DNA of 64,000 nt from assembly GCA_013239625.1 (NCBI GenBank), contig MU054001.1, forward strand, positions 6,869,078-6,933,077. The letters run 5' to 3'. The notes below the pieces were generated by a model, which was not told the DNA's origin, made no database searches, and saw only the letters and a list, made by a program, of their open reading frames with translations. A program made the position numbers and the translations under genes. Below, in pieces: positions 38,613 through 51,495 of the stretch. This DNA is from Lama guanicoe (taxonomy: Eukaryota). Numbering within the stretch: position 1 is the stretch's first letter; every line of letters begins with the position of its first letter.

Positions 38613-41600
38613 CAGTACTGTGCTTTTTTGATTACTGTAGTTTTGTTAGACAAAGTTTTGAAATCAGAAAGTGTGATTCTTTGTTCTTTTCCAAGATTGG
38701 CTGTTTGGGGTCCCTTGAGATTCCATATGAATTTTAGGTTGGAGTTTTCTCTTTCTGATATAATCTCTCAGATTTCTCTGAAGGTATGTTTTAAGATTTT
38801 TGTTTGTTTACTGAGCTACCTTTGTTCCTCATGTTTTGTCTTATTCCTTCTCTCTCTCACACTTTTGTCTTCTTTAAATAGCTGGCAATCCTTAATTCCT
38901 ATTGATATTTATAAATGAAGGACTTGCTTTATCAATATAGGTAACTTGCATGAGTATCTACACTGTTTTGAAGATCTGTTTTGGCAACAGATCTCTTTAG
39001 TGTATAATTGGAAGGCAGGCTTTTAGATGTAAACTAGGTGAGCTGGGGGATGATGTTGAAATCCATGATTGCCAAAATAAGAAAGGCTTCATTCTGGGGC
39101 ACAATGTGAAATCCTTTACAGTGTTTCATTTTTATGAGGCGCTACCTTTTTTGTTTCTTTCTATGTTGTGGAGGTTCAAAGTTCCCTTGAACATTGCTTT
39201 ACTTCTTTCTTTATATCTGTTGCTTTGTGTACATAGGCCCAGTGCTTCTGCAATAGTTCTGTATTCTGATGATCAGCCTGTGACCTGCTCCCCTTTACTG
39301 TACTTTTTGTCCTGTCCTGGAAGTATTCTTGGGAAGTACAGTTACCTTTTCTGTAAGAGCCGTCTCTTATTCTTATTTTGAAATTTAGTTTCTTCTATTC
39401 TGGTTATTTAATCAGATTCTGTCAGTTTTCCAATTTGCTGAAATTCTGTAATTTCAGATCATTAATCAGACCCTTTCCTTGTTTCCAACATTGCAACATT
39501 GTTTTCTTTTTTCCCTTTCCTCCATGTTTATTCCCACTTCAGTGAGATTTTGAGAAGATAATGAGGTAAATGCATATGCTCAGTTTGATTTTATTTATTC
39601 AGCAGTACTTAATGTGCGTAGGTAATGTTTTAGGTTGTGTGAATTAGGCAGACAAAAGTGTCCCAACTTTCATAGAGCTTATATTCTGATGGGGGAGACA
39701 TATTAAGCATACAAGTAAATAAATAACAGATTATAGTAGTAGTGGTAGTAGAAGATTATAGAAAGTAATTTAGGCTGGGAGTCTCAGTGAGGATGACCTA
39801 TATATTGACATCTGAAGGAAATAAAGCCTGTATCTTGAAGAGCCTTGGGAAGATAGCTCTAGGCAGAAGGATTAGCAGGTGCAGAGACTCAAGGAGAGGA
39901 AGGAACGTGTTTTATTTAAAGGAAGGCATGTCTGGAGAGTAGTGAGCAAAGTGGCCAGTGGTTTGAGATGAGATGGGTGAGAGGTGAATGTCAAGTCTTA
40001 TAGGGACTTGCGGTCTTTGGTAAGGAAATTTGACTATTTAAAATAAAGTGAAAAGCTAAGGAAAGGTTCTAGAAAGGAAGCTATACGATCTGAATTTTTT
40101 TTTTAAACAATAATTTTGGCAGTTGTGTAGGGAATGTATTTGGTTCGGATGTTGCCCTTGGAAGCGCGAGAAATGAAGAAATTGTGTATATATCTTGCAG
40201 AGAGTATCTGTGGACTTTTGTGCTGATAAAAGCTGAGTCACAGATGACTAAAAGTTATTTGGCTTTGGCAACAGGTTGGTGCTATTTACTAGTAGGAGGG
40301 AAAAATTGAGTTTTTTTTTTGGTACATTTAAATGCTTGTGAGTCATTCAAGTAAAGTTGTCAGGTAGGCAGTTTAGAGCTTTGGGAAGAAGTCAGAGCTG
40401 GAAGTATAAATTTCTGAACCATTGTAACAATAGTGCTTAATGGTTTGGGTCCATGGATTATCTAGGCTGAGTATAAGGGAGACGGCTCAGGACAGAGTCC
40501 TGAGGCTTTAATATTAGAGATGAGGAAGAACCTGGGGGAGGAGGAGACAGCAGAGGAGATAAAGAGGAATGGCTTGTGAAATGGGAAACCTGGAGAACCT
40601 GAAAATCAAGTGAAAAAATAATTGCAAGGAAAAGAGTAAGTCATCTTTTGTCTTTGATGAATTTTTGAGAGGTGAAATTAAAATGACTAAAGAGAGTTGT
40701 CTGCTGGATTTGGTAAGGGAGGTTTTGTCCTTCTTGATCAGTTTAATTGGGTTGGGAACTGTACTGAAGTGAATTGATTAGTGAATGGGAGGTGAGAAAC
40801 TGAAGGCAGAAAATACACATATCTCTTTTTTTGAGACGTTTGACTATGAAAAAGTTTGCAGAGATGGGTGAGAAGCTGGAGGAACAACCTAAATTTAGTA
40901 TCAAACTTTAAAAGGCATACTATAAAAAGCTTTACCTATCACTATTTCTTCTAACTTTTTTATTTTTTGAGAAATTCTAAGCATACACAAGAGGAGACAG
41001 TGGCCAACCCTGCCCCATCCACATCCACCATCTACTTCTTCTCTTGTATACTGTTTTCAAGCAAATCTCATGTAATTTTAATTATAAAGCATTTATTATA
41101 TGTTTCTAAAACATAGACCTTTAAAAACAGAAGCATAATAAAAATTAACAATAATTCCTTAATATCAAATATCCAACTGGTATTTAAATTTTCAGGTTTC
41201 TCATAAATGGTCTTAAAGTTTTTAAAAACAGATTCCAAATAAAATTCACACATTGCATATGGGTGGTATCTTTTTTGGCTCTCTTATTATTTTCTCTTTT
41301 TTTCCTTGCAAATTATGTTATAGAAACTACATCTCTTGTCCATTTGGATGTACTGTTTGTGTCTCCATAGTGTGTGTTAACACATTCCTCTAATGACTTT
41401 TGTTTTTCTTAAAAATTGTAATTTGGATCCAAGGACTTGAGATTTTATTTATTTATTTATTTTTGACAAGACTACTTAATCGGTAGGTATTCTATCAGGA
41501 GGCACATAGTCTCCTCATCTGTTTCTGTGATGTTAGTAGCTGTTGAAGTTTAGCATTTAGGTCATTCAGTTCATTTCAGGTTGAAAGTGGTGATGCCCTG

Positions 41601-42874
41601 ATTTTATCATTCCTTCTTCATTTTTTTAGCTGCAGTGATTGTAAAATGAGAAAGGGCTGTTCATCTGCCCTTGTAACCCAATGAGTGGTACAGTTTGAAT
41701 AGAAAAGAAATAATAAATGCTTTATTCTTTCCCTTTTAGTTTTCAAAATAGAGAGTTGGTTCTTGAGATGTTTCAGTCTATTATAGTTATTATTTTTTAT
41801 TAATGCTCAAATTATTTTAAATTATCAGTGGGAGCCTCTTCAAGTTAGCCCTTGAGTCCTTCATCAAGACACTGGTTGTCTTTGATAACTTTCTTAAAAT
41901 CTGGAATAGTTAATGTTCTTTCATCATCTGGTATATATCTAATCTGTGGCCTGGAATTAAGGATATGGTATTTGGCAATAACTATTAGTATTTTACTTTA
42001 ATTAAAAAAATTTTTTTATAGTAGCCTCTTAAACATAATTTATATAGCCTTTTAAATTGTTCCCTTTAGTCCTTTGGATGTAAATTTTCTTATTTGTTTT
42101 GCCCCCTTACCATCATGATTTTAGGCATTTGGGAAATTCTGTTTCTTGCTTTTGAGTCCAGGTATGTATTAAAGCAATTTTTAAAAAATTGTTGTTTGTT
42201 TGTCTTATCCAACCTTTTGATCTGTTTGGAGAGAGAAGGGTGGCTCCTTGCATTAATTAAATCATCATATTGAGTAAAGTTCCCCTATTGCTATTCCATT
42301 TGGAATAAACATCCTCTTAGAATGTCAGAAATTACCTCATCTGTGGCTAAAATGAAAACTCCTTACTTCCTTAGTGTTTTTATGTTTTCCCTAGATACTT
42401 TCTGTTTGCTTTTTATTGATAACCTAATAAATTATGGCTAAAGTCAGTTTTGCTTCTGTGTATTTGACATATCTCAATCTATAATTTGGGTAGGGGGGAA
42501 AATGGAATTTTTTTCCCTTTTGTAATACTTTATCACTTTTAGCTTGAAAGCAGAGAGAAGGAAAAAGGGAGAAAGGTCCCTGGGTATTGTGTGAACTTGT
42601 AGGGGCTGAAATTAAAGGTGCCAAATAAAGAAACTCATCTTCTGTTACAAGATTCCTCCTACCTCATGTGTTAATATGGATCTGAATTCTGCTCAATTTC
42701 TTTTTTTTTTTCACATGGATGTGAGGGACATAGATGTTATGGTTGTATTTTTATAAAATATGCCAGGCAGCAAACACTAGTGCTATTTAGAAAGAAAAAG
42801 AAGAAAGCAATGAAAACTTGGGCAAACAGTTCTTGCTAAGCCCTAAAATATATCACTTTTATTCATTCATACAG

Positions 42875-43057
42875 AAAACAAGCATGAGGCCAAGAGGAGG
42901 CGAACAGAGAGAGTTAGGAGAGAGAAGATAAATTCTACAGTAAATAAGGACTTAGAAAACAGAAAGAGGTCTCGAAGTAACAGCCATTCAGATCATATCA
43001 GACGAGGAAGAGGAAGACCTAAAAGTGCATCTGCCAAAAAACATGAGGAAGAAAGAG
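42875..43057 (+). CDS. C16orf87: C16orf87 exon 3: basic region (E)[17 protein letters not shown]...[21 protein letters not shown] with AT-hook-like RGRP
   Basis: CATACAG acceptor; 183 nt; phase 1-1; G|GTATGA donor; open frame. Confidence 0.96.
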
Positions 43058-44783
43058 GTATGAGTAAATCCAGCAGCTTTTTTTTTCTCCAAGTATTAAA
43101 GTTTTCTAAGATCTTAATTAGATAATAGTGAAGAAAGTGTTTGGTAGGCATTGAACTTAAAATCCCAACTCATATTTTAGTTTATGAAAGCATTTTCTCT
43201 AAGGTATTTACTTGTTTTTAAAAAGTCACGTAAATTTATTCTTATCAGAAAACTGAAGGCTTAAATTAAGTAAAATTCACCTTGCTATAAACTGCTGATA
43301 GTAGAGTTCAGAGATAATTGTATATGACATCCTGGATAAGCCTGTAAAAATGGTTGTACTACTTCTTTTTTTAAGGTGAATCTGAATTCTGTTAAGACTT
43401 ATTTCAAACTGTTATACTATGAGTTTTAAAAAATATACTATTGAAAATGTTCTTCAGTATGAATTTTTAAATTGCTCTTATTGTGTGTTCCCTTGCTGTG
43501 AGGCAGCTTTTGAATAGGAAGGTGAATTCTGTGTGGTCCAAACATATTCATATTCTCCTTACAGAGCTTCTCCTTTCTTCTGATAAGTAGTAGTGTGTCT
43601 GCCAAAACTTATTTTTAACCATTAACTAAAACTTCAGCTTCTCTTTTGACTTATACATCTTTAAAAAACTTTGTATTGTGGAAAATTTCAAAGATTATAC
43701 AAAATTAGAAATAATAGTATAATGAGCCCCTATATGCCCATGAATATCTTTTTTAAAGTGAGACTTTTAAGCCACTGATTAATGAAAAAAGGGATAGTTG
43801 CTTCTTACAATTCTTTAAAACCTCTATCAAGTAAATAAACTATATTTCAATTTAAAAAAAACAATGTAGTTAGATACCCAAAAAACCTTTATTAAAATAA
43901 TTTCACCTTCAGTGAAATGCATTTATAATTTCTTACTTGTGAGTTACGCTTTCAGGTATTCAGTCTTAGATATTCAGGTATTCAAGCATAAATATATTTT
44001 AGATATTGAGAATTTTTTACCTGTTCATCATTTCTCTCTGCTTTGTGTGCTTTTATTTGAAAAAAATTACTACTGTTAGGGAAAATAACTTCAGTGGTAT
44101 AGTTTTTTATCAAAGTTAAAGATTTCGTAATATTGTATGACTAAAGGATTAAAGTTTATATTTTATTTGGCTGTATTCTATGAAGACTATACTTAGATAC
44201 TTCTTAATTCCTTGGGTAATTTTACTGCTTTTTCTCTTTCCTTCTGTTCTGATCTTCCAGAGACTTTAAGGGTTGTTTTTTTTTTTTCCCTCCAATTTGA
44301 ATGTGTTTTAACAATGGGATGATTAGAAAAATCTGTGCTAAAAACTGTTTCATAAGGGAATCTAGGTAAGGAAAAGTCAACAGAGGCAAAAGAAAAGAAG
44401 GAAAGACTGCTTGGGCCAGAAAACAACATTCTTTTCAGTTGAAGTAAAGGGAATATAACCCAAAGAATGGAGAAGTTATGCTTCTGGTGGTGGGTAAGAG
44501 ATGAGAAAACAGATAATGACAGTCTTTTATTTGGGGAAACAAGTCTCTGTAGTTGTGCTAGGACTCTACATATGCAAGTTTGAATATTTTATTTCATGTT
44601 ATCTTGAAAAAAAGTGTTTATTTGGCTATAAATTTTTTTCAGATATTTTTGGTTTATTATAGAAAAATTTTAAGAAAGCTATTTCCAGGGTAAAATATGT
44701 TTGTAATATATTTGCTTTTGTTGTAAATAGGAAAGCACTCAAAGCAATTTTTGTTTAATGAACTAGAATCTTTTAATGTGAGG

Positions 44784-45005
44784 CAGGGGCAGTTAGCAGA
44801 CTTTCTCTATAAAGAGCTAGATAACAAATCTTTCAGGCTCTGTGAGCCATATAGTCTCTGTCACAGCCACTCTGCTCTGTCGCTGTAGCTGGAAAGCAGC
44901 CATAGAGAATATGCAAATGAATGAGCATGGCTGTACTGCGGTAGGACTTTGGAAAAACAGGTGGCAGGCCAGATTTTGACTCTGGGCTGTATGTTACTAA
45001 CCATT
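44784..45005. mobile_element. MER58A-like hAT element
   Basis: GAAAGCAGCCATAGA..ATGCAAATGAATGAGCATGGCTGT..AACAGGTGGCAGGCCAGATTT. Confidence 0.75.
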
Positions 45006-48000
45006 AGGGCAGATCATATTTCCTAAATAGAATACTGATAAGAAATAGGAACTTTTGAAATGTCTGTATATTTTAGAATAGACTTCTTTGATATTCTTCT
45101 CAGTGTTAATTAACTACTTAAATTTAGTATTTATTGATTTCCTGTTCATAGGGCACTTGAAGAATTTGAAGCAGGCTTTACCTTTATTTTAATAAAGAAA
45201 ACCTGACAATTGTGCCTAAAAGCACATTTTTAATCGACCTTACTGTTTTCTATATTTTGTAAAAGATAGGAAGAAGAAAGACTGGAAAGGGAAAGCTTTC
45301 TAGATATCTAGATAACAACATTATCTTTATAAAATCATAAAAACAAACTGTTAAACTTTTGGTTTTTGGTTGGTTTAAAATAAATCTTCATTTCCTATAT
45401 GGGGTGTATGATTATTCTGGATATTAGTAATGTAGGAGTGACATTTTGATTGATTAAAATATATCGGGCAATTCTGAATATTTTATTAATGAATATAGAA
45501 TTAATGTATACTACAAGTTAAAGATGGTGGATTGAATAAACACTCTAGCTCTGCACCCTCCCCAAATCCTAGTAAAATGTCAGGAAAGGGATTTGTTTTT
45601 AAAAGGGCAAAATCCCACAAGGACAAGGAATGGGAGAAGCAACAAAATTTTGGAAAGTGGTAACTTCTTTTTAGGAGACCTAAATTGTAAGCTCCTTTGA
45701 GGAAAGCTGAGACAGACTGATTTTTATTACACAGCTGCCTTAAGGTCAGGAATTTATGCATTAGTTCTGTCTGGAAATGTAGAGGTATGAAGGTGAGGCT
45801 TAAAACAAGATTATTTGAAAGTGTGTTTTGATAGCCTGCTGGGGCTGTTTACTGTGTCCCCCACTGCCCCCCCATCCCCACCACAAGTTTATCCTTTGAA
45901 AAAGATAAAGCAAAACAGGGTCTCTGGTCCAGGAACACTAGCAGGCATCATTGAGGCCAGGGGCAACAAATTAGATGAGGAAGATTAGATAAAAATTGGA
46001 GATGGTAAATATTGAGTTCTTCAGTCAGGTTTGTATCTTCCAGGTGAGATATTAGAGGAAGGGAATCTGAAGAGCCCAAGAGAAGAGACCTAAAATAAAA
46101 ATACTTTAATTAGAGATTTCACAAACAAATGGCCCAGTAGATGGTCCTGAAGTGATGATTACAGTCAAACTAACCAGCTTTTTTGGTCCTACTCCTAAAT
46201 ATAAGTGTATTACTAATACCTAGATATATGAAAGGCTTAGTATGAAAGGCTAAGACCAAATCAACAAGTCAAAAAATAACTTGGATGAAGTAAGTTTTTG
46301 TAGGGAAAAGAAAAAAATTGAAACTATCATTAATATTCTTAGCAAGAGAATTCATGGCAGTTGTGAAACAAGAAAAACATATTAAAAAGGAAACTGCAGA
46401 TGTCAAAAGGTACCTGGAAAATAAACTTTAAAATAAGAATCTCAAAATATGAATATAAATACATAAGTATATATATGATTTACAGAAATGAAAAACTTTA
46501 ACAGAAGCATACAGACAAAATTGAAGAAATGTGCCAAATGTAGAGCAATAGGAAAAGAAATGAAAAAAGAGAATGGAAAAGATAAGAAATTTCTAGGACC
46601 ACTTTGAGGTCAACATCTATAAATAATAGATGTTGCAGAAAAAGAACATAGAAGACGGAGGAGAAGGAAGTCATCAATGAAATAATTAAAGCAATTTTCC
46701 CTAACCCAAAGGACATTGAGTTTCCGTATTGAAATACCCCACCAAATTCTCAGCCTAATGGATGGTCAAAAGTAGATGTTATGCCAAAGCATATCATCAT
46801 AAATCATCTCTCTTTAGCAAAAGGGAAAATCCTTCAAAGTGTTCAGAGAAAATAATTGAAATGGTATAGGAATTAATACGATGGAATATTGCCCAGCAAG
46901 GAACAAACTACTCATATATGAACAGCATCAATGAATTTCAAAACATGTTGATTGAAAGAAGCTAGACACAAAACAGTACATACTATATGATACATTTATG
47001 TGAAGTTCAAGAACAGGTAAAATGAATGGTGATATAGAACAGTGTTTGCTGGTGAGTTGGGGAGGGATTGACTGGAAAGGAGCATGGGGAATTTTCTGTA
47101 TCTTGATTGTGGTGTGGGTTACATATATATAGAGATACATGTTTGTCAGAGCTCATCCAGTTGTACACTTAAGATCTGTGTATTTCACTGTATGTAAATT
47201 TAGCAATCACTTTAAAAATAACTATAAAAAATGTGTTGGGTTTTCTTAATAGTGACACCAGTAGTTGGAAGATGGTTTTTTGCCTTTCAAGTACTAAGAG
47301 GAAATCTATGAGTCTTTAGTACCACAGTATGAATTAGTGTGAAGAAAGACTAAAGACACTTTTTGATATTCAGGGTCTCAAAAAATTTGCTACCTGTACT
47401 CCCTTCCTCAGGAAGCTATTCAAGATGTATGCCATCAAAATGAAGAGGTAAACCAAGAAAGTATCCTGGGTCCAGGACACAGGGTCCAACTCAAGAGATA
47501 GATGAGGAGAATCTCCAACATTATGTTGAAGAGAGATCTCAAGATGATAATTGTGCAGTAGGCCTTGAAAGAAACCATTTCAGATTGGAGCAGATCAGAA
47601 GACTTTCTTGAAGAATTTCTTCAAGAAGACAAAATTGATAATGTGTAAACATTCTGAAGGATATATACAACCAGGAGAGAGTTTGGGTTCAGTTCTTAAT
47701 GAAAACTAAGCAAATGGAAAAAGAATCTCTTCAGGGAAAACAATGTGCAGGAAAAGTGAAAGCATTTACATAATGAGAATAATGTAAACACAATATATTG
47801 ATCTCATTGAAATTATGGTATAACTATAATGGGAAGGTGGAATAAGCAGAGTGTGGCAGGGGCAAGAGACAGAAAACAATAAATTAATTTTTCACAGAAA
47901 AACAAGGTAATGCCTAAAACCAAAGAACCAAGACATTGCATCAGATAAATATGTTATTTAGGTAAAAACCAAAAGGAACATGTGATAAAAGAAGTTGCAT

Positions 48001-48799
48001 TTGGAGAGTGGGAAATATGCATGGAGGGAGGAGAACTTCTGTTTTTTGTAACAGTTTTGTGAAAATAATTTGACTCTAAACTGAGTCATGCATGTTTAAC
48101 CGTGATTAAAAAGTCAAAACAAAACCAAAGAACAAAGTGGAATCATAGTAGAGCCTGAAAAAGTAATTTGGGAGAATATAGACAAAGATGTTCATTGTGA
48201 TTTTAGCTGGCTCATGAATAACAGGTGATTTTTCTTTTCTTGTTTATTTTTCGGTATTTTTCAAAATTTCCACCATGAAGTTTATGTTACATTTGTAATC
48301 AAGAGGGGAAAAGTAGAAATAAATATTGGTTACTATAGCAGGGCTAAGGTGAAGAACCTAATATATTCATAAAGGCACCATTGATGTCAGAAGGGATAAT
48401 CTTTAGGGTGAGGAAATTTTGATTGAGACTCATACCAGAGAGGAAAAGAAAAGTTGAGATTCTTACAGAAATGATATAGATATTAGACTGTGTGTATAGA
48501 AATATATATAGTCTCCATTTAGCCTTAGAATTAACTTCATGGCATTTCGGTAACTCCTTTATGTAATTTGAAATTTTCAGTCCACTAGCATAATCCTTTA
48601 TAACATTTAATGTACATTGTAGTATTATGTATAGTATTTATTGTCATTTAAAGAAATACTTGAAAACTTTTAAATGAAAAAAATTACTGCATCTGTCACT
48701 TTTTTAAAACATTTTTTATTAAGTTATAGTCATTTTACAATGTTATGTCAAAGCATCTGTCACTTTTATATTAAAAGCTTTCCTTTTTTCTTTTAACAG

Positions 48800-48918
48800 A
48801 GAAACAGGAAAAGGAAATTGACATCTATGCTAACCTCTCTGATGAAAAGGCTTTCGTGTTTTCAGTCGCCTTGGCAGAAATAAATAGAAAAATTATTAAT
48901 CAAAGACTTATTCTCTGA
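48800..48918 (+). CDS. C16orf87: C16orf87 last coding exon: (E)[38 protein letters not shown]
   Basis: TTTTAACAG acceptor; 119 nt to TGA. Exons sum to 66+97+183+119 = 465 nt = 154 aa + stop. Confidence 0.96.
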
Positions 48919-49025
48919 TATTTGTCGCAAAATGTGTTGAAACTTTCTTCAGGATTACATCAGCAAATTCTCAAGCAGTTATGGACTCTCAGGAGTATTC
49001 TGACTACATCAATAAGGGCAATTGA

Positions 49026-49078
49026 TTGTTTTTTGTTTTTTGTTTTTTGTTTTTTGTTTTTTGTTTTTTGTTTTTTTT
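49026..49078. repeat. (TTTTTTG)n heptamer repeat in the C16orf87 3' UTR
   Basis: Directly visible. Confidence 0.9.
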
Positions 49079-50278
49079 CCCTGTCATTTAGCCTGTGCCA
49101 CACTTTGGGAGCAAAGCTGTAGGCTTGGACTGTACTGGGATTTTATTTCCTTGTTTATCAAGGAGTATTGTCAGTGTTTTGTGTTTGGAATGTGGTGTAT
49201 TTACCCTTCCCTCCTTCCCCCCAGAAAGCTGGATGGCTGTTAAAGGATAAAGGGGTAGGGTTGATATTGGAAGTATGAAAACTAGAGAAGTAAAATGCTT
49301 GATAGTTTGCAGGTTTGCCACCAGAGATGCAATATTTTAAATATTTTGAGAAAGAGTGACTTTTAAAGATATATATTTCAGATTTTCAGCACTAACAGTG
49401 CATATTTGCAGTTCATTTAATAAATTGGCAATTGATATTTTATTGAATAGGGAATTAAGACTATAAACTGTAAATTTTGTCTTAAATTGATTTTTTTTCT
49501 TGGCCTTTATTTTTATGGCTTAATGTGTGAATTATATTTTAGAAGATACCTTCTAGACAGTTTGGAACTTTGGGTGCTATATGAAGAAAAACATTTAAGG
49601 ATATATCATACTTCAGATATAAACACCTGTTTTCTTGAATGTAATTTATTTATTGGTTTAAAAAAAAATACTTTTTTGCTCTCAAGATGGTGCCTGTTAA
49701 CCTAAACATAAAATATATTTATTACATGCGAAATATTTCTTAGCAACTTTTAAGCAGTAATGTTCTTTCTGAATGGATGTTCATTTATACATCCTGAAAA
49801 TTATTTAAATTGTTACTTAACCTCACTCTGGAGGAAAAAATAAACCTTAATATTGAAATTAATAGATTAATAGTGTGGTATAAGCTTTTTGTTCTAGTGA
49901 AGTTTGTGAAATATATTTAAATTATTAATTTTCTAGTGTTGAATGGTAATTGTTTATAGTTGATTTCTTTTATACTAAATGCTTTTGCATTTTTGTGTAT
50001 TGATTTAATGCTCAATATATTTAAACTTGATAATGACTTTACTTATTTTAAGTCAACTATGGCGCCTGCCCTTCCCAGCTCCACCACCCCCGCCAAAATC
50101 TGTTTGGAAGTCCTAAAGCCTTATTAGGGGAAGTAGACGTCAGTTAGACTTAGTCCTTACTTCAGAGAATTTTCCTTTCAGTTTCAACAACAAAATTGTC
50201 AGCTTCAGCCTACATCTCCCATCACTTCCTGGAAGAAAAAAGCTTTATTATATTTTTTCTACTTTATTTAAATGGTAG

Positions 50279-50292
50279 CCAGCAGAGGGAGC
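50279..50292 (+). promoter_or_regulatory. Possible CTCF site
   Basis: CCAGCAGAGGGAGC is one mismatch from the CCAGCAGAGGGCGC core; motif evidence only. Confidence 0.3.
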
Positions 50293-50533
50293 TTAAGAGG
50301 TACTCTAGGTGAAATGTAGAATTTTCCTAAGAATTCCTTTTCCCTCCATCCCCATTATTTACCTGCAAGTACTACTATAATTATCTTGTATGCATTTTAA
50401 AGCCCTAGTAATAAAGTTTATTCCCAAGAATGTTAATGTGATTTTTGTCTTTGAAATATAAGAAAACTATTTTCATTTTGAGGGGAAAAAAGTAAAAATG
50501 ATTATTATCTAAAAATGCTTGTGAACATATATA

Positions 50534-51462
50534 CAGGCATACCTACAATAAAGCAAATAATCACAATAAAGCAAGTCAGAATGTTTTTGGTTTCCTAGTG
50601 CATGTAAAAGTTACGTTTATACTATACTGCTTATTAAATGTGCACTAGCATTATGTCTTAAAAATACAATGTACATGCCTTATTTAAAAACTACTTGATA
50701 AAATTGCTAACCATCATTTGAGCCCTCAGTCATTCTCTTTTTCTGGTAGAGGGTCTTGCCTTGATGTTGATGACTGCTGACTGATCAAGGTGGTAATAAC
50801 TGAAGGTTGGGGTGGCTGTGGCAGTTCCTTAAATAAGACAGCAGTGAAGTGTACCACATCCACTGACTCTTCTTTCATGAACCATTTCTCTGTAGCATGT
50901 GATGCTGTTTGATACCATTTTACCAACAGTAGAACTTCTTTCAGAAGTGGAGTCCTCTGAAACCTTGCTGCTGCTTTATCAAGCAGGTTTATGTAATAGT
51001 CTGAGTCTTTTGTTGTCATTTCAACAGACTACACAGAATATCAGGAGTAGATTCCTTCTCAAGAAACTACTTTCTTGACTCATCTATAAGGAGCAATTCC
51101 TCATCCATTAAATTTTTTTCATTTTTCAGTTTTATTATGTAGAATTGTTACAATTTGACTGCACATGTACAATGTATTGCATCTAAATACATATACACAA
51201 TATACTGCACGTATTTTTTAAATTTACATATATGTACTGTTTGTTCATTGTTTCTAAGAACATTTAGAGCTTTAGGTTTTTAAACTTACATAGTTATCAA
51301 AGGAATAAAGCCAACCACAAAATAAGAATTAATTAAAAAAGATACATATACCCCATTATTAACAGCAACATTATTTATAATTGCCAAGATATGGAAGCAT
51401 CCTAAATGCACATCAATAGATGAATGGATAAAGAAGATGTAGTATGTGTTGCTGTATGTGTA

Positions 51463-51495
<33 letters not shown>

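Larger units (their letters stand above)
48919..50430 (+). other. C16orf87: C16orf87 3' UTR (end uncertain)
   Basis: AT-rich, repeat-poor sequence after the stop; AATAAA hexamers near 49419, 49839 and 50410. Confidence 0.55.
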